In this document: piece after piece, positions 18,224 through 29,300 of the stretch
How the letters are laid out: every line of letters starts with the position of its first letter
Position numbering within the stretch: position 1 is the stretch's first letter
DNA from: a virus
Lineage: Duplodnaviria > Caudoviricetes
Reading direction: 5' to 3' (one strand)
IMG/VR virus record: IMGVR_UViG_3300013121_000016
Location: 39,170-103,169 of that record
Length of the DNA stretch: 64,000 nt
Program-made: the position numbers and the translations under genes
The notes under the pieces: model-generated
Seen by the model: the letters and a program-made list of their open reading frames with translations, nothing else
The model's database searches: none
What the model was told of the DNA's origin: nothing

Positions 18224-20443
18224 ATGGTAACTAGAACTAGTATAGCCGATCAACTTTATCCTTCGACATCGGCAAGATCAATCATAATTACAGACGCCAG
18301 TAATAAACCGTCATATTTTGCGCCCACCACTGGCGCAGATCGGCTCTTAATGTGGGACGACTCGGCTTCTGCGTGGGCTTCAGCGACTCTTGGCGCTAAC
18401 CTCTCATTTTCCGGCACTACATTGAATGCCGCAGCTTCTTCCGGCTATTCTACAATACAAGAAGAAGGAGTGTTAGTGTCTGCTGCTAATAGCATAATCA
18501 ACTTTGTTGGTAGTGGTATTACTGCTGCGGACGCTGGAGGTGGTGTGACTTCAATCACACTGGACGCCACTTTAAATGCACTTTCGGCACTCGATTCTTC
18601 TACCGGTTATCTAGTTATGACTGGTGGAGACTCCTTTGCTAAACGTGAACTCACAGGTACAGCTAACAGAATTAGCATCACAAATGGCGATGGTACTGCT
18701 GGAGACCCCGTAATAAACATAGACCTTGCATATATAGGTCAAACAACAATTACGACACTTGGCACTATAACAACTGGTACATGGCAGGGAACTGCCGTAG
18801 ACGAGCTTTTTGGCGGCACTGGAATAACAACTTACGCACAAGGTGATACACTCTATGCATCAGCGGCAGATACTCTAGCAAAACTTACTATCGGCGCTAA
18901 CGGCTCAGTTTTACAATCGAACGGAACTACGCCATCGTGGCAAGTGCTCGAGTCCGCTGACCTTTCTGATAACGCTAATATTGCGCACTTAAATGAAAAT
19001 GAGATCATCAGTGGTAACTGGGAATTTGATAACAATATTGTAGTTCCCACCGTTCCAACAGATGGCACACATGCTGCTTCTAAAGATTATGTAGATGCGC
19101 TTTCGTTTGGAACTGTTAAACACTACGCAGATCTTTACGCAGATTCTAACCTCACTTTATCGGGCGAGCAGACCATCGACGGGACACTAACATCAACTTC
19201 TCGAGTACTTCTTAATGCACAATCAGCCCCAGAGGAAAATGGCGTCTATCTTACGGGCGCCGGTGCTTGGTCCAGGGTGACCGACTTAGATGATGAATCT
19301 GAAATCAACGCTGCCTTAGTTGTAATTAAGTTTGGCACGACTTACGCCTCTACTTTTTGGACAACAGTAGAAGACATCGTGACTATCGATACTGATCCGA
19401 TCGATTTTATTCAAATCAATAATCCAGTCACATTAACAGCTGGCGATGGTTTAACCAAAATAGGCGACACTATAGATGTTGTTACGGCTTCTTCTTCTCG
19501 TATTGTAGTTAACGCTAATGACATCGACTTGGCTTCTGGAGTAGTGGGCGGTTCCGGACCTGGTTCTTACGGATCAGCTTCGACCATCCCCGCCATTACT
19601 GTCGATACTTACGGTAGAATTACGTCTACAGCTTCCAATGCTGTAGCAATTACTTCGTCTAATGTATCCGACTTTACGGAGGCTGTCCAGGACGTAGTTG
19701 GCAATCCTTCATTCCTAATAGATACCGGAGCAGTCGTCATTACTTATGATGACGGTCTAAACACCCTTACCATCCACGCTGACAATCTTTATACGGACGA
19801 TGGCACGATTCCTAATTCTACAACACGTACTGTTAGCCTGGGAGACGCTACCTCAACATTGTTATTTCAGAATGCAGCGACTGGAATGCTTCTGCAGATT
19901 GAGGATGATTCAGTATCCTTAATGGACGGCATTGCGGGCTTTACGTCCACAGACATATTCTTTACCACGCCTTCATCTCTTCTAACCATGGATAATTCGG
20001 AGTTCCGACTGAGATTAGATGGTGGATTAGGAATTATTCAAGATGCTCGTGTAACTACATTAGGACTTCAATATGCAGCTGACTACTCAGCTGATTGGAA
20101 CGACCGGTCTATTGTAGACAAGGAATATGTAGATAACGCAATTGCTGGTGTAACGGTAACACCAACCTACACTTGGGGATACATCGAATCATCGACTGCA
20201 ACTACAATCGATCTCGATGCTAACGTGGGTGAGGTTAAAGACCGCAACGGGAATAATATAGCTTTCACTATTCCTTCAGATCCAGACTTATTGGAAGTCT
20301 ATCGCAATGGTATGCTACTCAGTAGAACTGGTACTTCAACAACCAGAGACTACTCACTGAATACAGTTACAAACGAGATTACTTTTGTAGTGGCACTCAC
20401 CTCTACAGATTCAATCCTTTTGAAGAAAATAAATCTCACATAG
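18224..20443 (+). CDS. fibre protein
   Basis: 739 aa; TTLGTITTGTWQGT, HAASKDYVD, LSGEQTIDG...ENGVY...AWSR, ITVDTYGRIT fibre motifs; C-terminal VYRNG domain. Confidence 0.8.
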   Translation: MVTRTSIADQLYPSTSARSIIITDASNKPSYFAPTTGADRLLMWDDSASAWASATLGANLSFSGTTLNAAASSGYSTIQEEGVLVSAANSIINFVGSGITAADAGGGVTSITLDATLNALSALDSSTGYLVMTGGDSFAKRELTGTANRISITNGDGTAGDPVINIDLAYIGQTTITTLGTITTGTWQGTAVDELFGGTGITTYAQGDTLYASAADTLAKLTIGANGSVLQSNGTTPSWQVLESADLSDNANIAHLNENEIISGNWEFDNNIVVPTVPTDGTHAASKDYVDALSFGTVKHYADLYADSNLTLSGEQTIDGTLTSTSRVLLNAQSAPEENGVYLTGAGAWSRVTDLDDESEINAALVVIKFGTTYASTFWTTVEDIVTIDTDPIDFIQINNPVTLTAGDGLTKIGDTIDVVTASSSRIVVNANDIDLASGVVGGSGPGSYGSASTIPAITVDTYGRITSTASNAVAITSSNVSDFTEAVQDVVGNPSFLIDTGAVVITYDDGLNTLTIHADNLYTDDGTIPNSTTRTVSLGDATSTLLFQNAATGMLLQIEDDSVSLMDGIAGFTSTDIFFTTPSSLLTMDNSEFRLRLDGGLGIIQDARVTTLGLQYAADYSADWNDRSIVDKEYVDNAIAGVTVTPTYTWGYIESSTATTIDLDANVGEVKDRNGNNIAFTIPSDPDLLEVYRNGMLLSRTGTSTTRDYSLNTVTNEITFVVALTSTDSILLKKINLT

Positions 20444-20444
20444 G

Positions 20445-22646
20445 ATGACTAAATTAGATCTAGACCAACTTAAACAGGAAGGTGCCTCTATAGGTGACGT
20501 CTTAAGTTGGGGCGCAAGCGGATGAGAACCGACTACTCTCACATTTTCCGGTGGTATATATTCAGGTAGTGGTACTGTTCCCGGTACTACGGTTGTATCA
20601 CTTACCAACAATTTAGACATACAATTTGCGTCAACAGCTCCCGCAATACAAATTTTTGGCGGTGTTACAACTGGAGTTTATTTAGCATCTGCTGATGGTT
20701 CTACTAATGCTTATGTAGAAGATAATGGAAGATTTGAGATGTTTGGTACAGGTTTGGGTAGTATTGCGGCGGATTCTTTAAACCTAACTGGTACTACTGA
20801 TCTTACTATCGATATAGCAGGCGCAACAGGTACGGCAGGTCAAGTTATCACAGCCGTTGGAGATGGTACAGCTATATGGGACGACAACCCCTCAGGTGGT
20901 ATATACGGGGGTTCTGGTAATATCGCGTCGAATGTTGACGCACATTTAACAGCCGCTAATTCATTTACTATTACGTATGCCGATTCTGCCATATCTGCAG
21001 CATTTAATGATGATACAGGATCTGTCTATATAGGTTCGAAAGATACAGGAACTAACCTTACGCTACAAAATGGTTTATTCAGTTTGTCTACAGATACCGA
21101 TGGTTCTATTTTAGCAGATGCTCTAACCTTAGGAGGTGCGACATTTGGATTAACTATAGGGGCATCTTCTGGGACAGCTGGACAAGTCTTGACAGCCATA
21201 GGAGACGGAACTGCTGTATGGGATGATCCCACAGGTGGTATTTATTCAGGAAGTGGAACTATAGCTTCTGGTGCGGCAGCAACTGTTACAGCGTCGTCGT
21301 TATTTAAAATAAATTACTCTACAGCTAATCCGGCTTTCCAAGTAGATGATACAGACAACTCGACCACAATTTTCTCTGATAGTGGATCTGTTTATGTTTA
21401 CGTGAATGATTCGACTATAGATTTAGGCACAACAATAATTAATGTTGGTGGTGGAGCAACCGCAGCACAACTTAGATTCTTAGAGCCTTCAGGTTCTGGA
21501 ACTAACTATTTTAGTTTGCAAGCTCCCGCTCTAGCTGCAAATACAGCCTACACACTTCCTAACGCTTTTCCTGCAGGATCTGACTACGCACTAGTTTCTG
21601 ATGCTTCGGGTAATATGAGTTGGTTAGACACCTCTACTTTAGGAAGTAGCCCATCAGTTATATCTCCCTCTCAATTGACAGCTGACCAAGACGACTATAG
21701 TCCTACAGGCTGGTCTACAGCTACTATTGTTAGATTAGATGGTGATTCAGGCATGCGGGCTATAACTAGTATGGCTGCTGGATCTTCTGGAGAAATTAAA
21801 CAATTAGTTAATATAGGATCATACACTATTTATTTTCCAGGTGAGCACCCCGATGGAACAGCAGCTAACAGAATTTCTGTTGGTTCTGACTACAAATTAT
21901 ATCCTGGCGCTTCAGCTAGAATTATGTATGACGGTACTAGCTCGCGTTGGAGATTCTTAGATCCAGAAGTATCTTCAGCTAGAGTAGCAGGTAACCACTA
22001 TGAATTGAGTGCGGCTAGTATCTCTGCTGGAGATCATGCTGCTTTAGCTTTTACCGCCGTCAATTCTGGCAGTGTTGGCTTATCAGGGGGAGGGACTACA
22101 GGTTTACCTTCTTTGTTTGGTGTGTCCACATTGACTACTACTAATGGTGGAGGTTACTACTACTTTCTTAAAAGTAACGTTACATATGGATATTTTGGTA
22201 GCTCTCATATAGCAGCACGTTATCTTACTTCAATTCCAACTTTATCTGACGGAACTGACACTTTCCAAGTAGATTATCAGATAACCGCGTCACCAACTTC
22301 AACTAGTAGTACACCTAATAATAGTGTTGGTATACGTTACTCACACGGTATTAATGGTGGTAACTTTCAAGGTTACTCCAGAGATAATGCTGGAAGTGAG
22401 GCAAGCGGTACTGTTGATTTAGGAATAGCTCCAACAGCTGGTACAATGTACGATCTAGTTATTGAGATCGATAAAAGCAACACGGAAGCACGATTCTATA
22501 TAGATGGAGTATTTCGTGGTAGAGTAACTGGAAATTTACCAAACACTGTTGCGGCTGGATCCAGAGCAATCTTATTAAAATCAGCTGGTACAAATGCTAG
22601 AACTCTCAATCTTCACGCATTATCAGCAACTTCAATTTATAAATAA
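20445..22646 (+). CDS. fibre/receptor-binding protein, 733 aa with 1 TGA=Trp
   Basis: ATG 20445, 1 nt after the previous TAG; TGA 20523 gives GDVLSWGASG[W]EP; internal GTAGQV..GDGTA.WDD..GGIYSGSG repeats; C-terminal lectin-like beta-sandwich (RFYIDG). Confidence 0.8.
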
Positions 22647-22666
22647 AATACTAAATTTTAAACACA

Positions 22667-23158
22667 ATGCCAAAAATTTCAAATTTAGATTCCGTTCCAG
22701 GTACATTAACTGGTACTGAGCAACTTGCATTGAATCAAAACGGAGTTACTTATCAAGCAGGGCTACAAGATTTACCTATGCTTCGTTATAGTGATATAGA
22801 GTTTAATGACGATGGAGAAAACAACGCTAATAGGCCTAACGGGGCAATATATGTAGGAACAGATGGTTCGTTTACAGTACGTTCTACTAATGATAATGTA
22901 GCGCTTACTGTATATGATGACGGAGGTGATAACTATGCAATAAATATTGCAAACTCTAATAGTACAATCTTAACAGTTGAATCAACACAAGCTTATTTAG
23001 AATCTTCTTTGGTAAACTTTAAACTTTATACACCTACAGGTTTTGATGATGCAGCAGGAGTAGTAGGAGCTATTACTTGGGATGAAGATTACATTTACGT
23101 AAAAACCATTGCTGGTTGAGCTCGCACCGCATTAGCACTCATGAATCCAACTCCTTAA
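22667..23158 (+). CDS. short fibre-like protein, 163 aa with 1 TGA=Trp
   Basis: TGA 23117 gives ITWDEDYIYVKTIAG[W]ARTAL, a common fibre C-terminal motif; TAA at 23158. Confidence 0.8.
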
Positions 23159-23162
23159 TATT

Positions 23163-24134
23163 ATGCAAATAGAACACGGTGAAAATAGACTGATTAGAGT
23201 TGAAGAGCCACTTACTCAAGTCTATCACGATAATACTTTAATAGGTAAAGGAACAAAAGGCTCTAGATTAAGAACTAATGGGAGCGGTATTCATGACTCT
23301 ACATTATTTGGTGACGGCACCGCTTCTCAACCTTTGACTACCTATACTGCTGATGATATCTTACTTGATGAAAATGGTAAAGGACTTTTAACTGAGAGTG
23401 GTGAATATATTCTAGTAGAGTCGGCCATTATAAATCATGGTATCTATGATGGCAGTGGTTCGCTAGCTGATAATGTAACTGTTGATCTAAATGGTAAGAC
23501 GCTACTATTTTCTTATACGAATGGTACAGCAGCTCTTACATTAGACGATAGCAGTGGAACTATTGGCATGAGCTCTCCAAATAACGCTACTTACATACAA
23601 ATATCAGATAACACGTTCCTGTTAGGCATAGGTGAAGACGCTAGTGCTATTCTTACTGATGCTAGAGTTTCCCTATCGGATAGAGTTGGTCTTCAATATG
23701 ATAACACTATAAATTTTGTTAACAGTTCTTTAATTAGTAGAGATTATGCAGATGGTTTAGCAATTGGCACACCTAACGTCACTATACATGGTTCCACCGT
23801 AGTAGGTAGATATAGAGCGTTATTATCACAAAGTGGAACAAATGATCCTGTTGCGTTCGTAACACTTAATACATTAGATGGAGATATTGTCTGAACAAGA
23901 AGCGCATTAGGGCTTTACCACGGAACACTTGCTGGAGCATTCGCTACACAATATGTATATTGTTTAGCTAACTACACTCCTCTTCGTGGAGGAGTAGCAA
24001 ATGTGTCACTTGGTAAGATTGATGGTGATACTGTAGGACTTTACGCCTTACATGCCGCCACAGGTAATCCTGAGGAAATAGATTGTGGAACAAACTATGA
24101 TGTCTCAATTGATATTACTGTTTATAACGATTAA
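23163..24134 (+). CDS. fibre-like protein, 323 aa with 1 TGA=Trp
   Basis: TGA 23892 gives DGDIV[W]TRSALGLYHGTLAGAF; 79 further sense codons to TAA 24134. Confidence 0.8.
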
Positions 24135-24149
24135 AAACAACTAAAAATT

Positions 24150-25148
24150 ATGTTAAAAACTTTTTTACCTAAAGCGTTTAGATCTGAGAAGACTCCCTCT
24201 AATAAAGGCTACTTTAATTTAGAGAATTGGATTCAGGCCCGGATACAAGACGGGACGATTGAATTAGGAACTGCTGGCGTAGATGCAACTATCTACACTG
24301 CAGATGGTACATTTACTGAAAGTAGAAATATATCTCTAGCTCCTGACACGGGCATCACTTGAACTATTAACCCATCAAACTATATTACTTGGGGAGATGA
24401 TGGTGGAATGTTCTTTAGTATGCTTTCTTCTGATGCTTCTATACTCCGTATGGATGGTAGTAGTATTATAATGGGTGAATCAGACGGCATTACTACACTT
24501 ATTGGTAACAATAATGGAGGAGATGATACTCAAACAGTTAGATCTTTTGTTAATGTACAACAAGATTCTATTGAAATTGGTGTGAACGATAATGACACCG
24601 TAACAGGATCAATTTTTGTCAATTCAGGGGGTGAGTTTGTAATTAGTAATAATTACAATACTATTTCAATAGGAGCTACTCCCGGCACTTCGGGAGATGC
24701 CAAACACTTTTTTGATATCGCTGCGGCTAACATTTTATTCGGTATGTCTGATGAGGATACTATATATTCATCTTTCGAGATAGCTTCAAATGGCAACATT
24801 ACTTTATCGCAAGGAACGAATGAAAATGGAGTAATCTTATTAGGTGATGCTACTGGACAGACTGCTGGTGGTCCTGGACCTAGAGCGTATGTAACGGTAG
24901 CCACCGATTCTGCATCTCTAGGAGTTTATGACGATGCTACTGAGAATAATGCTTATGTTGCTGTTACTAACGGACATTTAATTCAGTTATCTAGTGATTA
25001 CAATGGCGTTTTATTTCCTAGGATAATCACTGCGCAACGAAATGCACTAACTCCAAGTAATGGGACAGTTATCTATAACATAGATAATGCTAGATTTGAA
25101 TTTTACCAAAACGATGGGTGGGTATTCTTCACCGCTAATGCAGCTTAA
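24150..25148 (+). CDS. fibre-like protein, 332 aa with 1 TGA=Trp
   Basis: Two track ORFs are in frame across TGA 24360; C-terminal GVLFPRITTAQRNAL-like...GTVIYN...FEFY..GW motif as in Bacteroidota surface/fibre proteins. Confidence 0.8.
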
Positions 25149-25150
25149 TT

Positions 25151-25600
25151 ATGACAGCAACTCTATCCGAAGACTGTACTTCAATTACAGTCGATTCCGC
25201 AAACTTTGCCGCAGATAATATATCGGTAGAGTTGACCCTTACGCTAAACGATACTACAGAGTATACCGTAGAAGTTGATGCTAGTAATGTCGACCCTGTC
25301 GTCGTAGATGCTGCGGCCCTAGACATAGATGAACTTTCAGAGGGTGTCTACTATGTAGAATTAGTAATAACTGACGCCTCAAATGAGATCATCACTGAAG
25401 GACTTTGTGTCGCCTCCATCTGCTCCTTACACTGCGACATGATAGAACTATATGATGATGTAGATAACATTGAAAAGATTCTTGCCTACGAGGCACTGAA
25501 GATCTCATCTGACTGTGTGACTTGCTCTTGCTCGGTCATGCAGAATTTATACAATAAAGTAACTGATTCCGAAGATGATACAAACTGCAACTGCCAATAA
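25151..25600 (+). CDS. acidic Cys-rich structural protein (tail hub-like)
   Basis: 149 aa; LSEGVYYV beta-motif; C-terminal CxC clusters. Confidence 0.55.
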   Translation: MTATLSEDCTSITVDSANFAADNISVELTLTLNDTTEYTVEVDASNVDPVVVDAAALDIDELSEGVYYVELVITDASNEIITEGLCVASICSLHCDMIELYDDVDNIEKILAYEALKISSDCVTCSCSVMQNLYNKVTDSEDDTNCNCQ

Positions 25601-26933
25601 AATTAGGTGTGACTTCGTCAATAAGATGAATGATTACATCGAGTGCCAGACGTACTCACTGGACTGCTGTTTGGATAACGTAAAAGTTGCTTTTCTTAAT
25701 ACAAAGCTCGCGCTCTTCGAAGACTGTGATTTACCTTATTCACAAGAATGCAGACTTAACAGCTTAAAACTAACAGACTACTATGGAGATTGTTCAATCG
25801 AAAGTCCAGCAACCCCATGCAGCGAACAAGCGACCGTGTCCTTGTCGCAAGAATCGGAAGAAGTCACTTTCAACCACTTCCTCTTTAACCCAGTAAATGG
25901 TAGTTCTTACGTGTGGATTGATTATCAAAATGACGCAACTGAGTTCATTGGTTATATCAATGTCTACACTACAGACGCGCCTTCGCTCACATGGGACCCC
26001 ATCGGACTCACCGCAGTCACGCCTTCGCCTAATTATACGATAACAGATATTGATACATTCAATACTGGCTATCGCCTTATAGGTGGCGTTCCTACTGTCC
26101 GTAATCCCTTCAAGTATTTTACATCCATGACACTTGCCGGTGTGGCGACGCTTAGCACTTCGTATGTGACGTCTATCAGACTTTACTATACCAATGCTGG
26201 TGGGGACTTTGCTGGGGATTACGTAGACGTTGACGTCTCGCCATTTACATCCCCCTACTTAGTTTGCGGCGGTTGTACAGCCATCAATCCTACAGATCTT
26301 TATTTCACAAACGCAAATTTTGCAACATCTCTTGCAGATACCATCAGAAATGCGGTACTTATTTTATCCGGCGACGCTGCCAATATTGAGGTAAACGTTT
26401 CAAAGAACTCTTCTACTGGAGACGTCAAAATTGATACGACGGTAAAACATAACCCAGATTCTTATTGGTATGGAATTCGCCGTGGAAATGGGAACTTAGG
26501 AAAGATAACTTACTGGAATAATCCTGCAGGGGTGACATCTACGGTTTCACTAGTGAACGGCGGGTTTCTTCTTGCTGATATGTACGATACAGCTACTGCG
26601 ACAACTTATTGCGGGGCGGTCAACTTAACGATACCTAACCACCAACTTTACTCATCCACAGGTTTCGACTTTAATAGCGTAAATACAGTCAATCCATACA
26701 CACTCCAATCCGTATCTCTTTCACCTTATGTTCCAACATCATGTACTAAGCTCACGCTAACAGCTACGGTCACCTCTTCGCACTCTCACACGATCTCATG
26801 GTTAGATCCATCAGATGTAGAAATAGGCACGACTGACGCGCTCATCATTTATGCGCCAGCCCCTGGAACTTATAAAGCGAATATCACACTTCCATCAGGT
26901 TGTGTAATACAAGAAACCATAGAAGTTACATAA
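25575..26933 (+). CDS. structural protein with Cys-rich N-terminus and C-terminal Ig/PKD-like domain
   Basis: 452 aa; ends ISW...APGTYKANITLPSGC. Confidence 0.6.
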   Translation: MIQTATANKIRCDFVNKMNDYIECQTYSLDCCLDNVKVAFLNTKLALFEDCDLPYSQECRLNSLKLTDYYGDCSIESPATPCSEQATVSLSQESEEVTFNHFLFNPVNGSSYVWIDYQNDATEFIGYINVYTTDAPSLTWDPIGLTAVTPSPNYTITDIDTFNTGYRLIGGVPTVRNPFKYFTSMTLAGVATLSTSYVTSIRLYYTNAGGDFAGDYVDVDVSPFTSPYLVCGGCTAINPTDLYFTNANFATSLADTIRNAVLILSGDAANIEVNVSKNSSTGDVKIDTTVKHNPDSYWYGIRRGNGNLGKITYWNNPAGVTSTVSLVNGGFLLADMYDTATATTYCGAVNLTIPNHQLYSSTGFDFNSVNTVNPYTLQSVSLSPYVPTSCTKLTLTATVTSSHSHTISWLDPSDVEIGTTDALIIYAPAPGTYKANITLPSGCVIQETIEVT

Positions 26934-27361
26934 TGGAAATCAAAGTAAAACGATACATCTTTACCGATAAGTCCACGATCTCTGATATCCTTATAGACGG
27001 ACACTACTTTAGTAAAGTACTTGAAGATACTGACAGAGGGCTTACTTCAGAAATGTCACTCGATGAGATAAAGAAGATCAAGATTCATTCGCAGACAGCC
27101 ATTCCAAAAGGACGATATGAGATTGTCCTTAGCTATTCCAATAAGTTCAAAGCTCTTCTTCCAGAAATTGTCAATGTTCCTGGGTATAGTGGAGTACGAA
27201 TTCATCCAGGAAATTATCCTGCTGATACAGAAGGGTGCCTTCTTCCTGGTAACTGGTTTTATCAAGACACCGTGATAAACTCCCGAGCGACATTTAATCT
27301 ACTGTTCTCGATAATAAAAGCAAGGATAGCAAAAGAGAAAATTTACATAACAATTGAATAA
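26933..27361 (+). CDS. DUF5675 family protein (L,D-transpeptidase-like; candidate lysis enzyme)
   Basis: Start at TAATG 26933; TAIPKGRY and GVRIHPGNYPADTEGCLLPG motifs with catalytic-type His/Cys. Confidence 0.8.
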   Translation: MEIKVKRYIFTDKSTISDILIDGHYFSKVLEDTDRGLTSEMSLDEIKKIKIHSQTAIPKGRYEIVLSYSNKFKALLPEIVNVPGYSGVRIHPGNYPADTEGCLLPGNWFYQDTVINSRATFNLLFSIIKARIAKEKIYITIE

Positions 27362-27371
27362 AACTAAGAGG

Positions 27372-27404
27372 GCCCGTATACAAGTTTTCAGTATACGGGC
27401 TTTT
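27372..27404 (+). terminator. intrinsic terminator
   Basis: Perfect 10-bp stem GCCCGTATAC/GTATACGGGC followed by TTTT. Confidence 0.75.
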
Positions 27405-27407
27405 AAC

Positions 27408-27419
27408 ATAATTTTGTAT
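27408..27419 (+). promoter_or_regulatory. ATAATTTTGTAT motif, second copy
   Basis: Between the terminator and ATG 27421; matches TAnnTTTG. Confidence 0.35.
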
Positions 27420-27420
27420 C

Positions 27421-28095
27421 ATGACTCTGATAACACATGTTTATGCTGTTAGAAATCTTCTTTCAAAGGGCATCTCCTCCGACGATTCGGCGTACCCTTT
27501 GAGACTTATCGCGCATTTCCTGCGCGTTGCCAGAGGATTGTTGATAGAGCAGAAAGCAAACAAATACCACAATATCTCCGAGCAGTCTTATCAATCTCTT
27601 TGCCTTAATTTGGTTGAAGCTAACTTTCACAATTGCTGTGATGGGCCTAATACTAAGTGCAAACTCCTTAGATCGACTATTCAAATACCTAGGTTCTTGA
27701 CGACTCGCTGGGGAGACTTAACTAAGGTTATGACGCTAGACGGGCGAGTTCTTGCAAAGACTTCTGTCACGGCAAACAAGTACGCACAGTACTCGGTTAC
27801 CAACGCTGATCCTAAACCAGGTTGGTTTATCCACGATCAGTATCTGTATGTAATAAATAACAAAACACTAGAGAAAATTTTACTTAATTCTCTCTTTGAC
27901 GATCCTGAACAGATCTCCCAAATAAATTGCAACACGAGTGGAGAAACTTGCGCGGACTATATGGACACCGAGTTCCCGGTTGATTCAGAACTAGTTTCAC
28001 CTATGTACGAATTGACAATGAAGTTCTTAGTGAATTCTCTTAGTCTGCCGCCAAAAGACAACGAGAATAATGCAAAAGACGATCAAGCTGGTTAA
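27421..28095 (+). CDS. tail ring-type structural protein
   Basis: 224 aa; Cys pattern (QSLCLNL..CC...C.LLRS) and C-terminal NNAKDD typical of crAss-like ring proteins; position before IHF-like/tail tube genes. Confidence 0.6.
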   Translation: MTLITHVYAVRNLLSKGISSDDSAYPLRLIAHFLRVARGLLIEQKANKYHNISEQSYQSLCLNLVEANFHNCCDGPNTKCKLLRSTIQIPRFLTTRWGDLTKVMTLDGRVLAKTSVTANKYAQYSVTNADPKPGWFIHDQYLYVINNKTLEKILLNSLFDDPEQISQINCNTSGETCADYMDTEFPVDSELVSPMYELTMKFLVNSLSLPPKDNENNAKDDQAG

Positions 28096-28510
28096 AAACT
28101 ACTCAGACACTTTTAATGATTACGAGAACAAATACGACATTTCCAAAGCGGACTTTAAGAAAATCCTTTATGCTTTCAATACCCTCTTAGCTGCCTCTAC
28201 AGTTACAGAGGGTAAAGTCTATAAAATGCCGTACACCTTAGGTTTCCTAGGTGTATTTAAAAAGCCACTTGTTGGAAAAGGAATATTTGATTATCAATTA
28301 TGGAAAGAGACAGGCATAAAGAGGTTCAAGAAGAATCCACATTCAGCAAATTTGGTAGCCCAAGTCCTTTGAAGGATTCAATTTCCAATCTGCGATTTGT
28401 TTCTTTACTCGCGAAATCTTTTCAAGTTTAAAGCCGTCAGATACTATAACCGCTTCTTGGCCCAAAAAATAAAAGAAGACAACACCATAAACCTATATTA
28501 TGACAAGTAA
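28070..28510 (+). CDS. crAss-type IHF-like protein, 146 aa with 1 TGA=Trp
   Basis: YKMPYTLGFL; TGA 28370 read as W restores QVL[W]RI...FKFKAVRYYNRFLAQKIKE ending TAA 28510 and closes the gap to the next gene. Confidence 0.7.
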
Positions 28511-29300
28511 CTACGTTTCAATAAAATCCGTCTTACACGAGCTAGCTATCACCATTGATGATCGCTACTGGAACGAGACAACTATCTTGGAATGGGCTAC
28601 CCGTGCATTGCGTCAGACTAACTTAGAACTTAAGCTCGAACAGGTTCCAGTAATCTTGGAGGTGTGTGAGCACAAAGCAACACTTCCTAGCGATCTAAAG
28701 TATCTTGTTCAAGTAGTATACAAGGTCACTTCCTTAGACTCAAATGCAGCTGAGGCTGTAATAGAAGATCTACAGTTGCCCGAGAACTCAGAACTCTTAA
28801 CGTCAACGACAATCATTCCGCCATTCAAGTGGGCAGCAATGAGGCAAGCCACAAACCCATTTCATAACTCAATCTGCCTAGATGAAAGGCTTACCCACTG
28901 TGCGGACTGTAAATACGAATTCTCGGTTTCCCCTTCACTTGTTCTGACAACTAATATGCGCAATGGTACCATCATGGTCTCCTACCTACGCTATCCCTTA
29001 GATGAGGAAGGGAACGCACTCATGCCGGATGACGAGACGCTCAAAGAAGCCATTTTCCACTATGTACTTTACCGCTACTGGGTATCGAAATATCAAATGA
29101 AAGAAGAAGGTGCCGAGTCCCGCGTTAAGTTCCATTTAGATATGTGGAGCACACTTTCGAAGAAAGCTCGGAACATCGACTTACCGGATACTTCTACGAT
29201 GGAGAATCTGATGAATATTCGCAATAGATTGGTACACAGGTCCAGACGATTTGATCAGGCCTTTACAACATTAGCAAATCAAGAATATGTTAGCCACTAA
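28500..29300 (+). CDS. tail tubular/ring protein (P22 gp4-like position)
   Basis: YVSIKSVL, ILEWA..AL, HKATLPSDL, SYL.YPLDEEGNALMPD motifs; directly precedes the stabilisation protein. Confidence 0.75.
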   Translation: MTSNYVSIKSVLHELAITIDDRYWNETTILEWATRALRQTNLELKLEQVPVILEVCEHKATLPSDLKYLVQVVYKVTSLDSNAAEAVIEDLQLPENSELLTSTTIIPPFKWAAMRQATNPFHNSICLDERLTHCADCKYEFSVSPSLVLTTNMRNGTIMVSYLRYPLDEEGNALMPDDETLKEAIFHYVLYRYWVSKYQMKEEGAESRVKFHLDMWSTLSKKARNIDLPDTSTMENLMNIRNRLVHRSRRFDQAFTTLANQEYVSH

